Of a stretch of 64,000 nucleotides of DNA, positions 27,583 to 36,989 are shown one piece after another. A program made the translations under genes and the position numbers. The DNA is from Candidatus Giovannonibacteria bacterium RIFOXYD1_FULL_48_21 (GTDB lineage Bacteria; Patescibacteriota; Minisyncoccia; JACPKW01; UBA11713): assembly GCA_001778985.1 (NCBI GenBank), contig MFIU01000002.1, positions 139,930 to 203,929 of the forward strand, in the 5' to 3' direction. Within the stretch, counting starts at the first letter, position 1. The number at the start of each line of letters is the position of its first letter. The notes below the pieces were generated by a model that had not been told where the DNA came from, ran no database searches, and worked only from the letters and a program-made list of their open reading frames with translations.

Positions 27583-28289
27583 ATATGTCTTTTCATTAAA
27601 TTCTCCGCCAGAAGAAAATCAAATTCATTATCGATATTGATTGACTCCCAGTCCTCCATTAGGTATCCCAATATTTTCTCTCCGCTCATGGAGTGCTTCT
27701 CCAGAATTATCGAAGACCAAAAGGCGTTCATTGAGCCGTTATTCTGATAAACCGGAGGCAAAACCTGCCGCGGCGCGTCATGAGGGTCTTTATAAGAAAT
27801 GGGATTTTCCGAAAGCAGGGGTTTTAAAAATTCTCCTTCAAGCTTCCACATTTTGTAAGGAGTCTTGCAGGCTTTCGAAACGGCCCGCACTGAATCGGCT
27901 TTTGCCCTTCCGGCTGCCGTCAAAAGTTCGATACCCTCGTCAATGCGATTGACTCGGCGCAGAGGCGCGGTGGCCCTCAAATCCACCACCATTTCCGGAA
28001 GCTCTCCCCGCTCTTGAAGAAAGGCGAGATGATGCTCGAAAACCGGCAGATCCAGGGTGGAATCTTCGGCCAGCTCCTTGGGCCGCCGGAAAATTTCCGC
28101 CCCAGAGCTTTTTGCCGCCTCAGCTATTTTCTCGTCATCCGTGTTAACTATCACCCGCGAAATATATTTTGACTTTTTGGCCTCTTCAATCGTCCAGGCG
28201 ATGAGAGGCTTTCCGCAAAGCGGTCTTATATTTTTCCCGGGAAGACCTTTGGAGCCGCCGCGGGCCGGAATAATCGCGATAACTTTCAT
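27579..28289 (-). CDS. neuA: acylneuraminate cytidylyltransferase, second copy
   Basis: IPARGGSKGLPGKN, NTDD, LRATAPLR, SINID. Confidence 0.9.
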   Translation of the reverse strand: MKVIAIIPARGGSKGLPGKNIRPLCGKPLIAWTIEEAKKSKYISRVIVNTDDEKIAEAAKSSGAEIFRRPKELAEDSTLDLPVFEHHLAFLQERGELPEMVVDLRATAPLRRVNRIDEGIELLTAAGRAKADSVRAVSKACKTPYKMWKLEGEFLKPLLSENPISYKDPHDAPRQVLPPVYQNNGSMNAFWSSIILEKHSMSGEKILGYLMEDWESINIDNEFDFLLAENLMKRHI

Positions 28290-29350
28290 TATAGAGAGGA
28301 TGGATAATAGGCGCGGTTCAGCACGCGCATGACCTCGAGACCGCGTTCAAATGAAAGCGGAGAATCTTTAAGCTTGATTTCGCCTGAAAGAAGTTTTTGA
28401 TAATGCAGGGCCTGCCGCCAGAAATCATCCGGCCGTTTTTTGGCAAAAACCTTTTCTACCAAATCTTCACCCTCGACCTGATAACGGACTAAGTCTCCTT
28501 CTGGAACGCCACGCAGATGCCATTCGACAAATCCTTTCTCACCCTGCAACCGCGCCCAGGTTTTGAAAGGATGGGTGAATAAATCCTGAATCACTCGACC
28601 CACTTTCCCTTCCTCGGTCTTAAACAAAAAGGCGATAAGCTCGTCGTATTCAGTTTCCTTCTCCTTTTTCATAGAGAAATCAGTCTTAACTTCTTTGAGC
28701 GCTCCCCAGCCAGCGACTTCGGCCAAGTACTGCCAAAGATGCAAGCCGTGAGAGTTTTCTCCTCCGGCCCCTCCCCCGCGGCGCCAGTAACCGAGGTAGG
28801 TTTCCGCTGGGCCGGAAAGCCAAGGGTGAGCCGCGAAAATAGACCGCCAATCTTCCCTGATTTCAACGTCCAGAGTCAGGATTTCTCCAAAAATTTTCTT
28901 TTTAAGGAGTTCGACTGCGGCTTCAACGCTTTCTGAAACCGCATAAATATATCCGACCGTCACCAAAATTTCCGGATATTTAGCCAAAGATTTTTCGAAT
29001 TCTTTCACTTCGCCGAGGTCAGGAGTCGAAAGAGGTTTTTCCAGATGAAGCAGTTTCGGTTTTTCTTCCAGTGCTTCCAAAGCGAGTTTCATCCTCACAT
29101 CCGGAGGAGTGCCTATCATGATAATGTCAAATCCCCCTTTCGGCTCTTTGCCAGGGGTAAAAAGTTTTATGGAATCGTCCCAAGCGCCATAGCGCTTGGG
29201 ATAGATGTCGTTTTTCATCCGCTCGAGCGCTTTGGGGTCGTTGTCAACCACACTGACTTCCCAGCCAACTCTCCGGCAAGATTGCGCCAGATGATTTCCA
29301 ACTGAACCTGCTCCAAGAATTTTAACTTTCACCCCGTTAGAAGTTTTCAT
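28289..29350 (-). CDS. Gfo/Idh/MocA family oxidoreductase, paralog of 24688..25728
   Basis: near-identical blocks with 24688..25728; start ATG 29350 or in-frame GTG 29332. Confidence 0.85.
   Translation of the reverse strand: MKTSNGVKVKILGAGSVGNHLAQSCRRVGWEVSVVDNDPKALERMKNDIYPKRYGAWDDSIKLFTPGKEPKGGFDIIMIGTPPDVRMKLALEALEEKPKLLHLEKPLSTPDLGEVKEFEKSLAKYPEILVTVGYIYAVSESVEAAVELLKKKIFGEILTLDVEIREDWRSIFAAHPWLSGPAETYLGYWRRGGGAGGENSHGLHLWQYLAEVAGWGALKEVKTDFSMKKEKETEYDELIAFLFKTEEGKVGRVIQDLFTHPFKTWARLQGEKGFVEWHLRGVPEGDLVRYQVEGEDLVEKVFAKKRPDDFWRQALHYQKLLSGEIKLKDSPLSFERGLEVMRVLNRAYYPSSL
29328..29345. mobile_element. scar/half-copy of the TTCTAACGGG element at a gene junction
   Basis: minus strand ATGAAA-ACTTCTAACGGG-GTGAAA; matches the inverted repeat at 39749-39859. 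Confidence 0.55.
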
Positions 29351-30722
29351 AAAGTATTCTCTTAATATAATCCGCGGTTCTTCGGCCGGAAAGGCCGTCG
29401 GTAAATTCGACCTGCTCCTCGACCATCCTTTTTCTCCCCTCCCGATCCAAACTCGGGTCTTCCAAATATCTCCGGACGGCTTCGACAAGTTCTCCCATAT
29501 TCCAAACTCGCTTCACGCCGCCGGAAGCCTCGATGGATTTGTAATGGTCATGCTTCAAAAGCACGGAAACGCTGTGTTTGGGAGGCGTTTGGGGGTCGGC
29601 ATCAAACCTGACGTTGATTACGGGCTTGTCAAAAACCGCGGCATCAATGGAAAGCGTGGACATAGTGTTGATGGTAACATCGCTCCAGTAAAGAGAGTTC
29701 ATCAAGAGCTCAAAATCCTCCGGCGAGAATTCCCAGTCCTTGGTAGACATCTGAATATTTCTCACTGGAAAATATTGGGAGCAGGGCTTGGTGATGGTGA
29801 GATTTTGCGAGGGCCGAAATAATTTTTCATCAATCGGCGGGGTTCCGGGACGATATCTAACTAAAATTTGAGTGTCTTTGGGAAGGCGTCCGTCGTCTAT
29901 GGCGCTCGTAAGCTCATTTATGATTTTAAGGGAAGAAGAAGTATGAGAGTATAGAAACGGGGCGGCTAGAACGATTTTCCGTTCCGGGGGAATGCCCAGC
30001 ATCTTCAAAAATTTCTCCCGAGACTTCAGGGGCGGCTTGAAAAAAATGTCATAGTGCGGAATTCCTGAAACATAGATGTCCTCTTCGGGCATGCCAGCCA
30101 ATCTGACGGCAAGCTCCTTCATGATATGGGTGTGGACAATAAGTTTATCCGGCAAAAGCTGGATTACTCCTTTGGAGGTCAGGTTGTCCCAGGCTCGAAT
30201 CGTCCCCAGGACAAAAAATTTCTTTCTTTTGGCGGCGCGGAGAAAAATCCGGTCCGGAGGAAAAACAATGTCCGGGACAATGACCAAATCCGGCCGATAT
30301 CTCTCCAGAATCTTAACCACCCCGGGATCCAAGGCCACGAATCCGTCCAGAAAGCGGATTATGCTCCGGGGAAATTTAAAACCGGAAAACGCCAGATTGG
30401 CCGCGCGCTTGAGCAGAAATTTTCCGTAGTGCCCGTATTTCAAATAAGTCCACCATTGCTTGAGCCGGACCGAATCGGTATCCAAAAAATTAAAGGCGAT
30501 TGCGCACAAAATTCTTCCGAAGCGGGATTCGGAAACTATCTCCAGGGGCTCGAAAACGACGTTCGGCCTGCCAAACTCTTTTTGGTAGAAAGCGAGCTTG
30601 GAAGGAGGAATCACAATCACGAGCCGCAGGTTTGGCTCGCCGGTCAGCCCGGTATAGATGTAGGTATAAAAAAAATTCTTGGCCCGAATGCCGTTATAGA
30701 TTGGAAGCAGAATTGTTTTCAT
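29337..30722 (-). CDS. uncharacterised GT-B protein, paralog A (CDP-glycerol glycerophosphotransferase-like annotation likely)
   Basis: AWDNLTSK, GIPHYD, VRYRP, STLSIDAAVFDKP, DGLSGRR. Confidence 0.65.
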   Translation of the reverse strand: MKTILLPIYNGIRAKNFFYTYIYTGLTGEPNLRLVIVIPPSKLAFYQKEFGRPNVVFEPLEIVSESRFGRILCAIAFNFLDTDSVRLKQWWTYLKYGHYGKFLLKRAANLAFSGFKFPRSIIRFLDGFVALDPGVVKILERYRPDLVIVPDIVFPPDRIFLRAAKRKKFFVLGTIRAWDNLTSKGVIQLLPDKLIVHTHIMKELAVRLAGMPEEDIYVSGIPHYDIFFKPPLKSREKFLKMLGIPPERKIVLAAPFLYSHTSSSLKIINELTSAIDDGRLPKDTQILVRYRPGTPPIDEKLFRPSQNLTITKPCSQYFPVRNIQMSTKDWEFSPEDFELLMNSLYWSDVTINTMSTLSIDAAVFDKPVINVRFDADPQTPPKHSVSVLLKHDHYKSIEASGGVKRVWNMGELVEAVRRYLEDPSLDREGRKRMVEEQVEFTDGLSGRRTADYIKRILYENF

Positions 30723-30778
30723 ACGGGTCTAAGTTATAAAATTAAAACCTCCGGAAAACAAGTTTCGTTTCTGGGATT

Positions 30779-31705
30779 TTAGAAGGCCCCGCCCCAAAGA
30801 ATGACGATTATCATTCCCGAAACCACAAGCGCCGTGCCCGGCAAGCGATACCTTAAATCTTCTTTTTCGCGGCTATACTGTCCTCGAAATGCCCTGAAAC
30901 TTCCCAAGAGGAGGCCGGAACCCACGGTTGCTAAAATCATACCAGCTCTTTTCCCGGCGACAGCATACGGAACATTCTCAATAAATTTTAAAGCCAGTAT
31001 AAACGCGGCAGACGCTCCCGCGATAGAAATTCCGAAAAGCACAAACGGCCAAGGCGAGTTTGACTGGAGTTCCTCGCGATTTATTCGGTCCAGACCAAAA
31101 TAGATTCCTGCCAGCGCAATCGTAACAAGAGCGATTAACCCATGATCAATCAGCAAATAGAACGGGGCGTTGGCGTTTACCAGCGCAGTGTAGTCCAGAT
31201 TCGAAGTTACGGCGGCAATAATGGCAACTAAAAGCATCAGGCGCGAGCCCCTTTCTCGATACAATCGGGCGAAAGGTTCAAAAATTTCAACTTTCCCTTC
31301 TTTGGTATTCAGCAGGTAGACTCCGGCGGTTATCAAGAGAACTCCCCCAACGCCCAAAGGAGTGGGGGTGCCTCCCCCCATCCACGGCGAAATAATCAAA
31401 AGAAATGCGGGCGTTAAAGCTAGGTAGGGAGCGGTAAGTATAAGTGGGGAACTGCGATGCGCCTCTACCGTCAGAATCATCGCGAGTGTCCAAAGTGGAA
31501 CGTGCCAGGAAACTGCCCACCAAAAATCTGGATGTACTTCCGGAAACCCTTCCAGATACAACCAAACTAGATAAAACGGAAGCGCTGTTAAGTATCCTCC
31601 AGACAAAAGAAGAAAATTATGAATTTTGGTAATCTTAATAACGTTCCGGTTAAAAGCCTCAAAAAGCCCGGAAATAATCGGAAAAATCCACATAAGCAGA
31701 TTCAT
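30779..31705 (-). CDS. EamA/DMT family transporter
   Basis: SPLILTAPYLALTP, GVLLITAGVYLLN, YAVAGKR; SD GAAGGAG. Confidence 0.78.
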   Translation of the reverse strand: MNLLMWIFPIISGLFEAFNRNVIKITKIHNFLLLSGGYLTALPFYLVWLYLEGFPEVHPDFWWAVSWHVPLWTLAMILTVEAHRSSPLILTAPYLALTPAFLLIISPWMGGGTPTPLGVGGVLLITAGVYLLNTKEGKVEIFEPFARLYRERGSRLMLLVAIIAAVTSNLDYTALVNANAPFYLLIDHGLIALVTIALAGIYFGLDRINREELQSNSPWPFVLFGISIAGASAAFILALKFIENVPYAVAGKRAGMILATVGSGLLLGSFRAFRGQYSREKEDLRYRLPGTALVVSGMIIVILWGGAF

Positions 31706-31800
31706 GATTTTCTCCTTCGGATTTTTAGAGTGCGAGATTTCATAAAGGGTGTGTAGCTGAATGATATCAAAGTCAAGAATTTATAAAAACCTCAATAAAA

Positions 31801-31832
31801 ATAGACCATCTTTTTACGATCGGAGGGAGTTG
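31801..31832. repeat. direct repeat, downstream copy flanking the PaaX-like gene
   Basis: ATAGACCATCTTTTTACGATCGGAGGGAGTTG, 25/32 identical to 32388-32419. Confidence 0.65.
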
Positions 31833-32387
31833 TTACGGATTAAAATAAAGACGCAAATCCGCATCATAGGTCATCTCAGAAACCACCAGATATCTCACGT
31901 GATTTCTTATTTCAAAAAGTTCGACTAGAAAATCAATCGCATTACGGCATTCGTACGGAAAAACCCAGACGCTTTTCTGGAGTTCAAGAAATCCCAATTT
32001 CTTCATTTCCTGCCTAAGCGCATCACGGGCTGGTCTTTTTTTCTCGGGGATGTCAAAAATCACGATTCGCCATTTTCTATCCCAGCGGCTGGGCTTTGGA
32101 ATGGAAATATTATCGGGGTCATAACGAAACGCGTGCTTCTCGCCCAGTTTCGTCAGCACTACCGTAATCGACCCATCTTTTTCTTCTTTGAAATCCACCA
32201 AACGTTTATGCTTAAATTCGCGGACGATCCGACGGAGCGTAGTGCGCTCGATTTCACTCCAAGCTTTGGGAATGGATTTAATTATCCGAAAGTGGGTCCG
32301 GGGCGAGCGCGAAAGTCCGAGAGCAAGTCCAGAAGCGAGCAGTAGTAAAATCTTCTGCTTAACAGGGCTATAGAGAAATTTAGCCAT
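31833..32387 (-). CDS. PaaX-like protein (winged HTH plus Cas2-like ferredoxin domain)
   Basis: LTKLG wing, WDRKWRIVIFDIPE, RDALR, LGFLELQKSVWV. Confidence 0.8.
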   Translation of the reverse strand: MAKFLYSPVKQKILLLLASGLALGLSRSPRTHFRIIKSIPKAWSEIERTTLRRIVREFKHKRLVDFKEEKDGSITVVLTKLGEKHAFRYDPDNISIPKPSRWDRKWRIVIFDIPEKKRPARDALRQEMKKLGFLELQKSVWVFPYECRNAIDFLVELFEIRNHVRYLVVSEMTYDADLRLYFNP

Positions 32388-32425
32388 ATAGACTAACTTT
32401 ATACGATCGGGAGAAGTTAGTCTAT
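32388..32425. repeat. hairpin/direct repeat, upstream copy abutting the start codon
   Basis: perfect 12-bp stem ATAGACTAACTT/AAGTTAGTCTAT, loop TATACGATCGGGAG. Confidence 0.7.
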
Positions 32426-32448
32426 TGATAGAATTATTGAGAGAGTTA

Positions 32449-33678
32449 TTATTTTATATCATGGAAACTTTTTTGCAAAGGAGGATTAACTTCAGCCAAA
32501 ATCTCGGTAATCTTTCGGCCGGCGTCTCCTTGGCCGAATCTCGAATTTGAAGGATAGCGGCCGTGAGCGAGCTGGGACAAGACGCTTTTTTTAATTGCTT
32601 CGAAATCCGCCGGCGCTTCCGTCACGTTTTCTCCCCGCTCCCGATTTTGCTGACGGGAGCCGACCAGCACCGCCGGCGTTCCCAGATACGCCCCCTCGCG
32701 GATGAAACTCGAAGAATTGCCCAGGGCGCAAGCGGCATTGGCCAAGGCCCGATAAAACCTGTCCGGATGAAGCTGCTTGGAGAAATAGACCTCGGCCGGC
32801 TTCGCGTTTTCATACCATTCGGCCAGTGTCCTCCCTACTCCCCTGGAACGCGCGTCAGGATTAGAGCCTATAACCAGAGCCGGCATTTTTAAATCCTCAA
32901 TCACTTTGAGGATTGTTTCGACCAGATTAAGATTTTCTTCCCTGGACTCGGTCGTAACCGGATGGGTAGTCACAAGTAGATAGGGCTTTTTAAGATTAAT
33001 GTATTCCGGAGAGCCGTCTTCAATTTCAGGAGAAAGGTCAATCTCTTTCAGGACATCGATGGATGGAGAACCGACCTTGAAGACAAAACGCGGGTCTTCG
33101 CCGAGCTGTAAAACCCGGCGCCGAGACTCGTCCGTGTTAGTAAAATGAATCTGGGCGAATTTCGTGATGGCGTGCCGAATGGATTCATCAATCGTCCCGG
33201 AAACGTCGCCGGCCTCGTTATGGGCGATGGGAATATTTAGAAAACTGGCGGCAATCGTGATGGCCATCATTTCGAATCGGTCGCCGTCCACAAACACCAG
33301 GTCGGGTTTAAGTTTACGCAAAGTATCCGTTAGGCTTATAATTCCCAATCCCACGGACTTGGCCATGGTAGCCGGAAGGCCGCCGTCCAGAAAGAAAGGA
33401 ACGTTCGCTCCGACCGAAAAACCGTCCGCCTTCATCTTGCGAATCACAAAATCGCCATCAAGCGCCCTTGATACCCGGGCTTTCAGATACCACGGAATAG
33501 CTTTAAGCCAATCTCTGGGCTCGGAGTGCTGCAGATTGGCGAAGAAGTAGCCGCGTGCGGCCTGAACGCCGGTGATGGTCTGGAGTTCGAGCTCGGGGTG
33601 ATTTGTAATCGCTTTCAGCACCGGTCGCAATCTCCCATAATTCGCGCGGTAGAAAATTGGCACTAATATTTTTTTCAT
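32449..33678 (-). CDS. neuC: hydrolysing 2-epimerase NeuC family, second copy
   Basis: RANYG, GDRFE, GDVSGTIDESIRHAITK, THPVT, GNSSS. Confidence 0.88.
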   Translation of the reverse strand: MKKILVPIFYRANYGRLRPVLKAITNHPELELQTITGVQAARGYFFANLQHSEPRDWLKAIPWYLKARVSRALDGDFVIRKMKADGFSVGANVPFFLDGGLPATMAKSVGLGIISLTDTLRKLKPDLVFVDGDRFEMMAITIAASFLNIPIAHNEAGDVSGTIDESIRHAITKFAQIHFTNTDESRRRVLQLGEDPRFVFKVGSPSIDVLKEIDLSPEIEDGSPEYINLKKPYLLVTTHPVTTESREENLNLVETILKVIEDLKMPALVIGSNPDARSRGVGRTLAEWYENAKPAEVYFSKQLHPDRFYRALANAACALGNSSSFIREGAYLGTPAVLVGSRQQNRERGENVTEAPADFEAIKKSVLSQLAHGRYPSNSRFGQGDAGRKITEILAEVNPPLQKSFHDIK

Positions 33679-34700
33679 ATTTCTTGAAAATATGCTTCCC
33701 GCCCTCGTCGCAAGCGCGGACTTAGAATCTGAAGCGAGCCGTCCTTGATTTCGAAAAGAGGCTGTTTCCCTCCGGAAATATCGTTGGCATCAAGCCTCGC
33801 AAAAAGAACGGGTTCTTTCAGGGTGCGGTTAAAAGCCTTCTCCATAGTAAACCCGAATTTCATGCCCGCGGTTTTAGCCTTCTGGGCAGCTTCAGATGAA
33901 ACCGTAAAAGTGTGCGGAAAGGAAACCGCGCTAAATTTAGCCCGCGAGTCGCCTGTGACCTGCAACAAGACTCGTTTGGCATTTTTAAACTCGCTTTCCA
34001 TGGCTCTACTATCCAAAAGCGCGATAGGTTTATGCGTGTAGCCGTGCCATCCGAGATAAAAACGTTCGTGCAAACTTGCTGCCTGCTGCTTGGATACGTA
34101 AAAATTCTCACAGAATTTCTCCTCGCTGGCAACCAAAGATTGAAAAATGGAATCTATAATCTTTTCCCGAAGCTCCAAATCCAAAGAGCTCTTGTTGAGT
34201 AAAAACTTAAGGTGCGCCTCCTCCGGGTCGTCATAAGGATAGAGTTTCTCAATCTCGGCCGCGGATACCGGCGCGAAAGAATCAAAATTGAACGGCTTTC
34301 CGGAAAGCAGGGCGTAGTGGCGCCGAACCTCGCTAAAAAACTCGTCTGCCGACAGATGTGCTCGGCACCAATGAACTTTGTGCACGAATAACACCCGCCT
34401 TTCCAGATAAGGAAGGCCGTTAATAAAAAAAATCGCCGGTATCCCCATCTCATCCAAAATAGGCAGGGCCCGCTCATACTGGGACTTGAGCCCGTCGTCA
34501 AAAGTTATGGCGCAGCAATTTTCAGGAAGGGGCCTCTTTTTTTCCAGCGCCTCCAGAATTTCCCGCTGGCCGACGAATTTAAAAAATTTTCCGAGCTCCC
34601 TCAATTGCAGGCGAAACCTAGCGGGCGAAACCGGATAGATTCCTCTGGGGTACCTGTCTTCCTCGTCTATATAATGATAGTTAACTGCCAGAAAGTTCAT
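33675..34700 (-). CDS. polysaccharide deacetylase (CE4/NodB-like)
   Basis: NYHY, ITFDDG, GWHGYTH, SFP. Confidence 0.85.
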   Translation of the reverse strand: MNFLAVNYHYIDEEDRYPRGIYPVSPARFRLQLRELGKFFKFVGQREILEALEKKRPLPENCCAITFDDGLKSQYERALPILDEMGIPAIFFINGLPYLERRVLFVHKVHWCRAHLSADEFFSEVRRHYALLSGKPFNFDSFAPVSAAEIEKLYPYDDPEEAHLKFLLNKSSLDLELREKIIDSIFQSLVASEEKFCENFYVSKQQAASLHERFYLGWHGYTHKPIALLDSRAMESEFKNAKRVLLQVTGDSRAKFSAVSFPHTFTVSSEAAQKAKTAGMKFGFTMEKAFNRTLKEPVLFARLDANDISGGKQPLFEIKDGSLQILSPRLRRGREAYFQEI

Positions 34701-35373
34701 TGGAAAGAAAAGATAATACCTCTTCGGCGACTTCTTCCGGCTCTCGAGCCATCGTCTTATAAATGGACGGCAAGTTTTTAATCAGGTCGGTATTCACCGA
34801 GCCCGGAGAAACTATATTCACTCTGATTCCTTTTCCGCTTAATTCTGACGCGAGCGCCCGGCTTAAACCCACCAGACCATATTTTGCAGAAATATAACCG
34901 CTCAGGCCGGACGGCGGGGCGCCAACGGTAACGTCGCTCGCGATATTAATAATGTCCCCGGAGCGTTTTTCAAGCATAAAAGGCAGAACCGCTTTGATGG
35001 CGTTGTAAGCGCCGTGAATCTGAACTTCCAGATGCCGCTCAAAATCATCCCACCCCAAATCAGCAAAACGTTTGTAATCAATAGACACTCCGGCGTTGTT
35101 AATGAGGGCGTCAATCCTGCCGAATTTGTTCAAAACAGCTTCGACCATTTCCCGAACCTCTTCGGCTTTGGTTACGTCGGCTTTGAAAGTCAGGGCTTCT
35201 CCTCCGAATTTCTGTATTTCTTTTTCAACCTTTTCCGCCTCTATGCCGTTTTTAAGATAATTTATCGCCACCCGAGCGCCGTGTCGGGCCGAAGCCAGCG
35301 CGATGGCCTTGCCGAGGCCGCGGCTCGCGCCAGTAATCAAAACAACTTTTCCGTCCAAGTTTTTCATATCCAT
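34681..35373 (-). CDS. FabG-like SDR ketoreductase
   Basis: TGASRGLG, NNAG, YISAK, IRVNIVSPG. Confidence 0.88.
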   Translation of the reverse strand: MDMKNLDGKVVLITGASRGLGKAIALASARHGARVAINYLKNGIEAEKVEKEIQKFGGEALTFKADVTKAEEVREMVEAVLNKFGRIDALINNAGVSIDYKRFADLGWDDFERHLEVQIHGAYNAIKAVLPFMLEKRSGDIINIASDVTVGAPPSGLSGYISAKYGLVGLSRALASELSGKGIRVNIVSPGSVNTDLIKNLPSIYKTMAREPEEVAEEVLSFLSNELSGS

Positions 35374-35374
35374 C

Positions 35375-35782
35375 TTATATAATTTTTACCAAAGCCCTGC
35401 CCTCTACCGCCACTCGGCCTTCGGAATCAAAAATCTCCATCTTGATTTCCACAATCTTTGTTGATTCAGATTTGCTGACCACGGTTCCTTTTACCTTAAA
35501 CTTTTCCCCCGCCAAAATCGGCCGATGAAAATTCAAGTTTTGAGAAAGATACAAGGAATCTTTTCCGGGAATAACCATCCCGACTAAATAAGAAAATTTA
35601 GAAGCGACGAGAAGGCCGTGCGCCAGGCGTCCCTTATAGCCCTTGGTTCGGGCAAATCCATCGTCCAGGTGCAGGGGACTCTGGTCTCCGGAGAGTTTCG
35701 CGAAAGCCTTAATATCTTCTTCGGAAAAACTGCACAAAACCGGCTCGGTTTCATATCCTACGTTAATGTCTTCAAATTTCAT
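35375..35782 (-). CDS. MaoC family (hot-dog) dehydratase
   Basis: FAKLSGDQSPLHLD, AHGLL, PG..SLYLSQ. Confidence 0.9.
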   Translation of the reverse strand: MKFEDINVGYETEPVLCSFSEEDIKAFAKLSGDQSPLHLDDGFARTKGYKGRLAHGLLVASKFSYLVGMVIPGKDSLYLSQNLNFHRPILAGEKFKVKGTVVSKSESTKIVEIKMEIFDSEGRVAVEGRALVKII

Positions 35783-35791
35783 AAATAAAAT

Positions 35792-36754
35792 TTAATAGGC
35801 GCGGTCGCGATCTCCGTCGGCCTTAACCACGAACCAATCCATGGGCGGCTCTTGGTCTGGGCGGTCAACGTGTTTATACGTGAAGTTGAGGGTCAGCCTT
35901 TTTCTATCAACCGGCAAAATAAAAATCGGCGGGTCCGTACTGACTTTACGATTCGCCGCGTGAAAACCGGCTTCCTGAAAGGCTTCACCATACCTTGATG
36001 GAAAAGAAAAAAAATCAATAAAATCCGCTTTAGCGTCTTTGGCAAAGTTAACTGCCTTTTTTACGAGCCTTGCCGCGGCTTCCGGGCCGCCGATAAGGTC
36101 GACAATGCGGCAAGCCGTAAGCTCCTCCCCTTTCTCGATTCTTAAAATGATATAACCCTCTAACCCGCCAAAAATCTGATATTTAATTTTTGGATTATCA
36201 ATAAAACGCCAATTCAGATAAGCCGCCGAACGGTCAACCGTCGCGGCATAATCATGGCTCAACGTCTCCCAAGCCTTGTCCCACTCCGGGCCAAACTTAT
36301 CTATGGCGGCAATATCCGAGTCCTCGGCAAATCCGCGGTTTTCCTTTAAGTCCCTCACCCAGCGCGTCATCAGAGCTTCCTCGCTCCAGCCGCAAAATTT
36401 AAAGACGGGCGCGGAGGGAGGACTGAAACCCGTGGTATAGAGAATATCAAAATATTTCTCGGCTTCGCGAACCAAGAGCACTCCGGCTCCGCGCGAACGT
36501 AAATCTTCGAACACAATCAGACAGCCCAGAAACGCCGCGTTGAACAGTCTTCCGCGGACTCGAAATTTATACCCAATCAGCCCCAAGTGCCCGACGATCT
36601 CGCTATTTTTTTCGAGCAGTAAATTGGAATAACCAGGAAATTGCCATTTCAAATATTCTTTCTCGCTCATGATGTGGCCGGGTTTATAAACTTTCTTAAA
36701 AAAATCTATCAAGGCCGGAATGTCATTTTCCTTAGCTAGTCTTACGCTGTACAT
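35792..36754 (-). CDS. GNAT family acyltransferase (tandem GNAT)
   Basis: YLKWQF, LRSRGAG, RSAAYLNWRF, C-terminal DGDRD. Confidence 0.75.
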   Translation of the reverse strand: MYSVRLAKENDIPALIDFFKKVYKPGHIMSEKEYLKWQFPGYSNLLLEKNSEIVGHLGLIGYKFRVRGRLFNAAFLGCLIVFEDLRSRGAGVLLVREAEKYFDILYTTGFSPPSAPVFKFCGWSEEALMTRWVRDLKENRGFAEDSDIAAIDKFGPEWDKAWETLSHDYAATVDRSAAYLNWRFIDNPKIKYQIFGGLEGYIILRIEKGEELTACRIVDLIGGPEAAARLVKKAVNFAKDAKADFIDFFSFPSRYGEAFQEAGFHAANRKVSTDPPIFILPVDRKRLTLNFTYKHVDRPDQEPPMDWFVVKADGDRDRAY

Positions 36755-36758
36755 AGCT

Positions 36759-36989
36759 CTAAAGTTTTATCCCCTTATTGACGAGGTAGCGTTTAATATC
36801 CCCGAGATTTTTTGCTTCCATGGTCTCGTCGACTGTGAACTGAACTTTAAATTCTTTCTCCAGTTCGGAGATAAAAATAAGGTAATTCATGGAGTCCCAG
36901 TCCGGAATCGTGCTTGGCGACATTTCATCATTAATTTCCTGGGCGGAAACTTTGAAAATTTTTTGGATGATGGGTATCAGCTTATCCAT
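36759..36989 (-). CDS. acyl carrier protein
   Basis: WDSM phosphopantetheine site, LEKEF, 76 aa acidic. Confidence 0.88.
   Translation of the reverse strand: MDKLIPIIQKIFKVSAQEINDEMSPSTIPDWDSMNYLIFISELEKEFKVQFTVDETMEAKNLGDIKRYLVNKGIKL

Noticed and set aside
31833-32387. Cas2 gene implying a CRISPR-Cas system
   Set aside because: The Cas2-like domain is fused to a wHTH (PaaX type); there is no cas1 or other cas gene and no repeat-spacer array in the window
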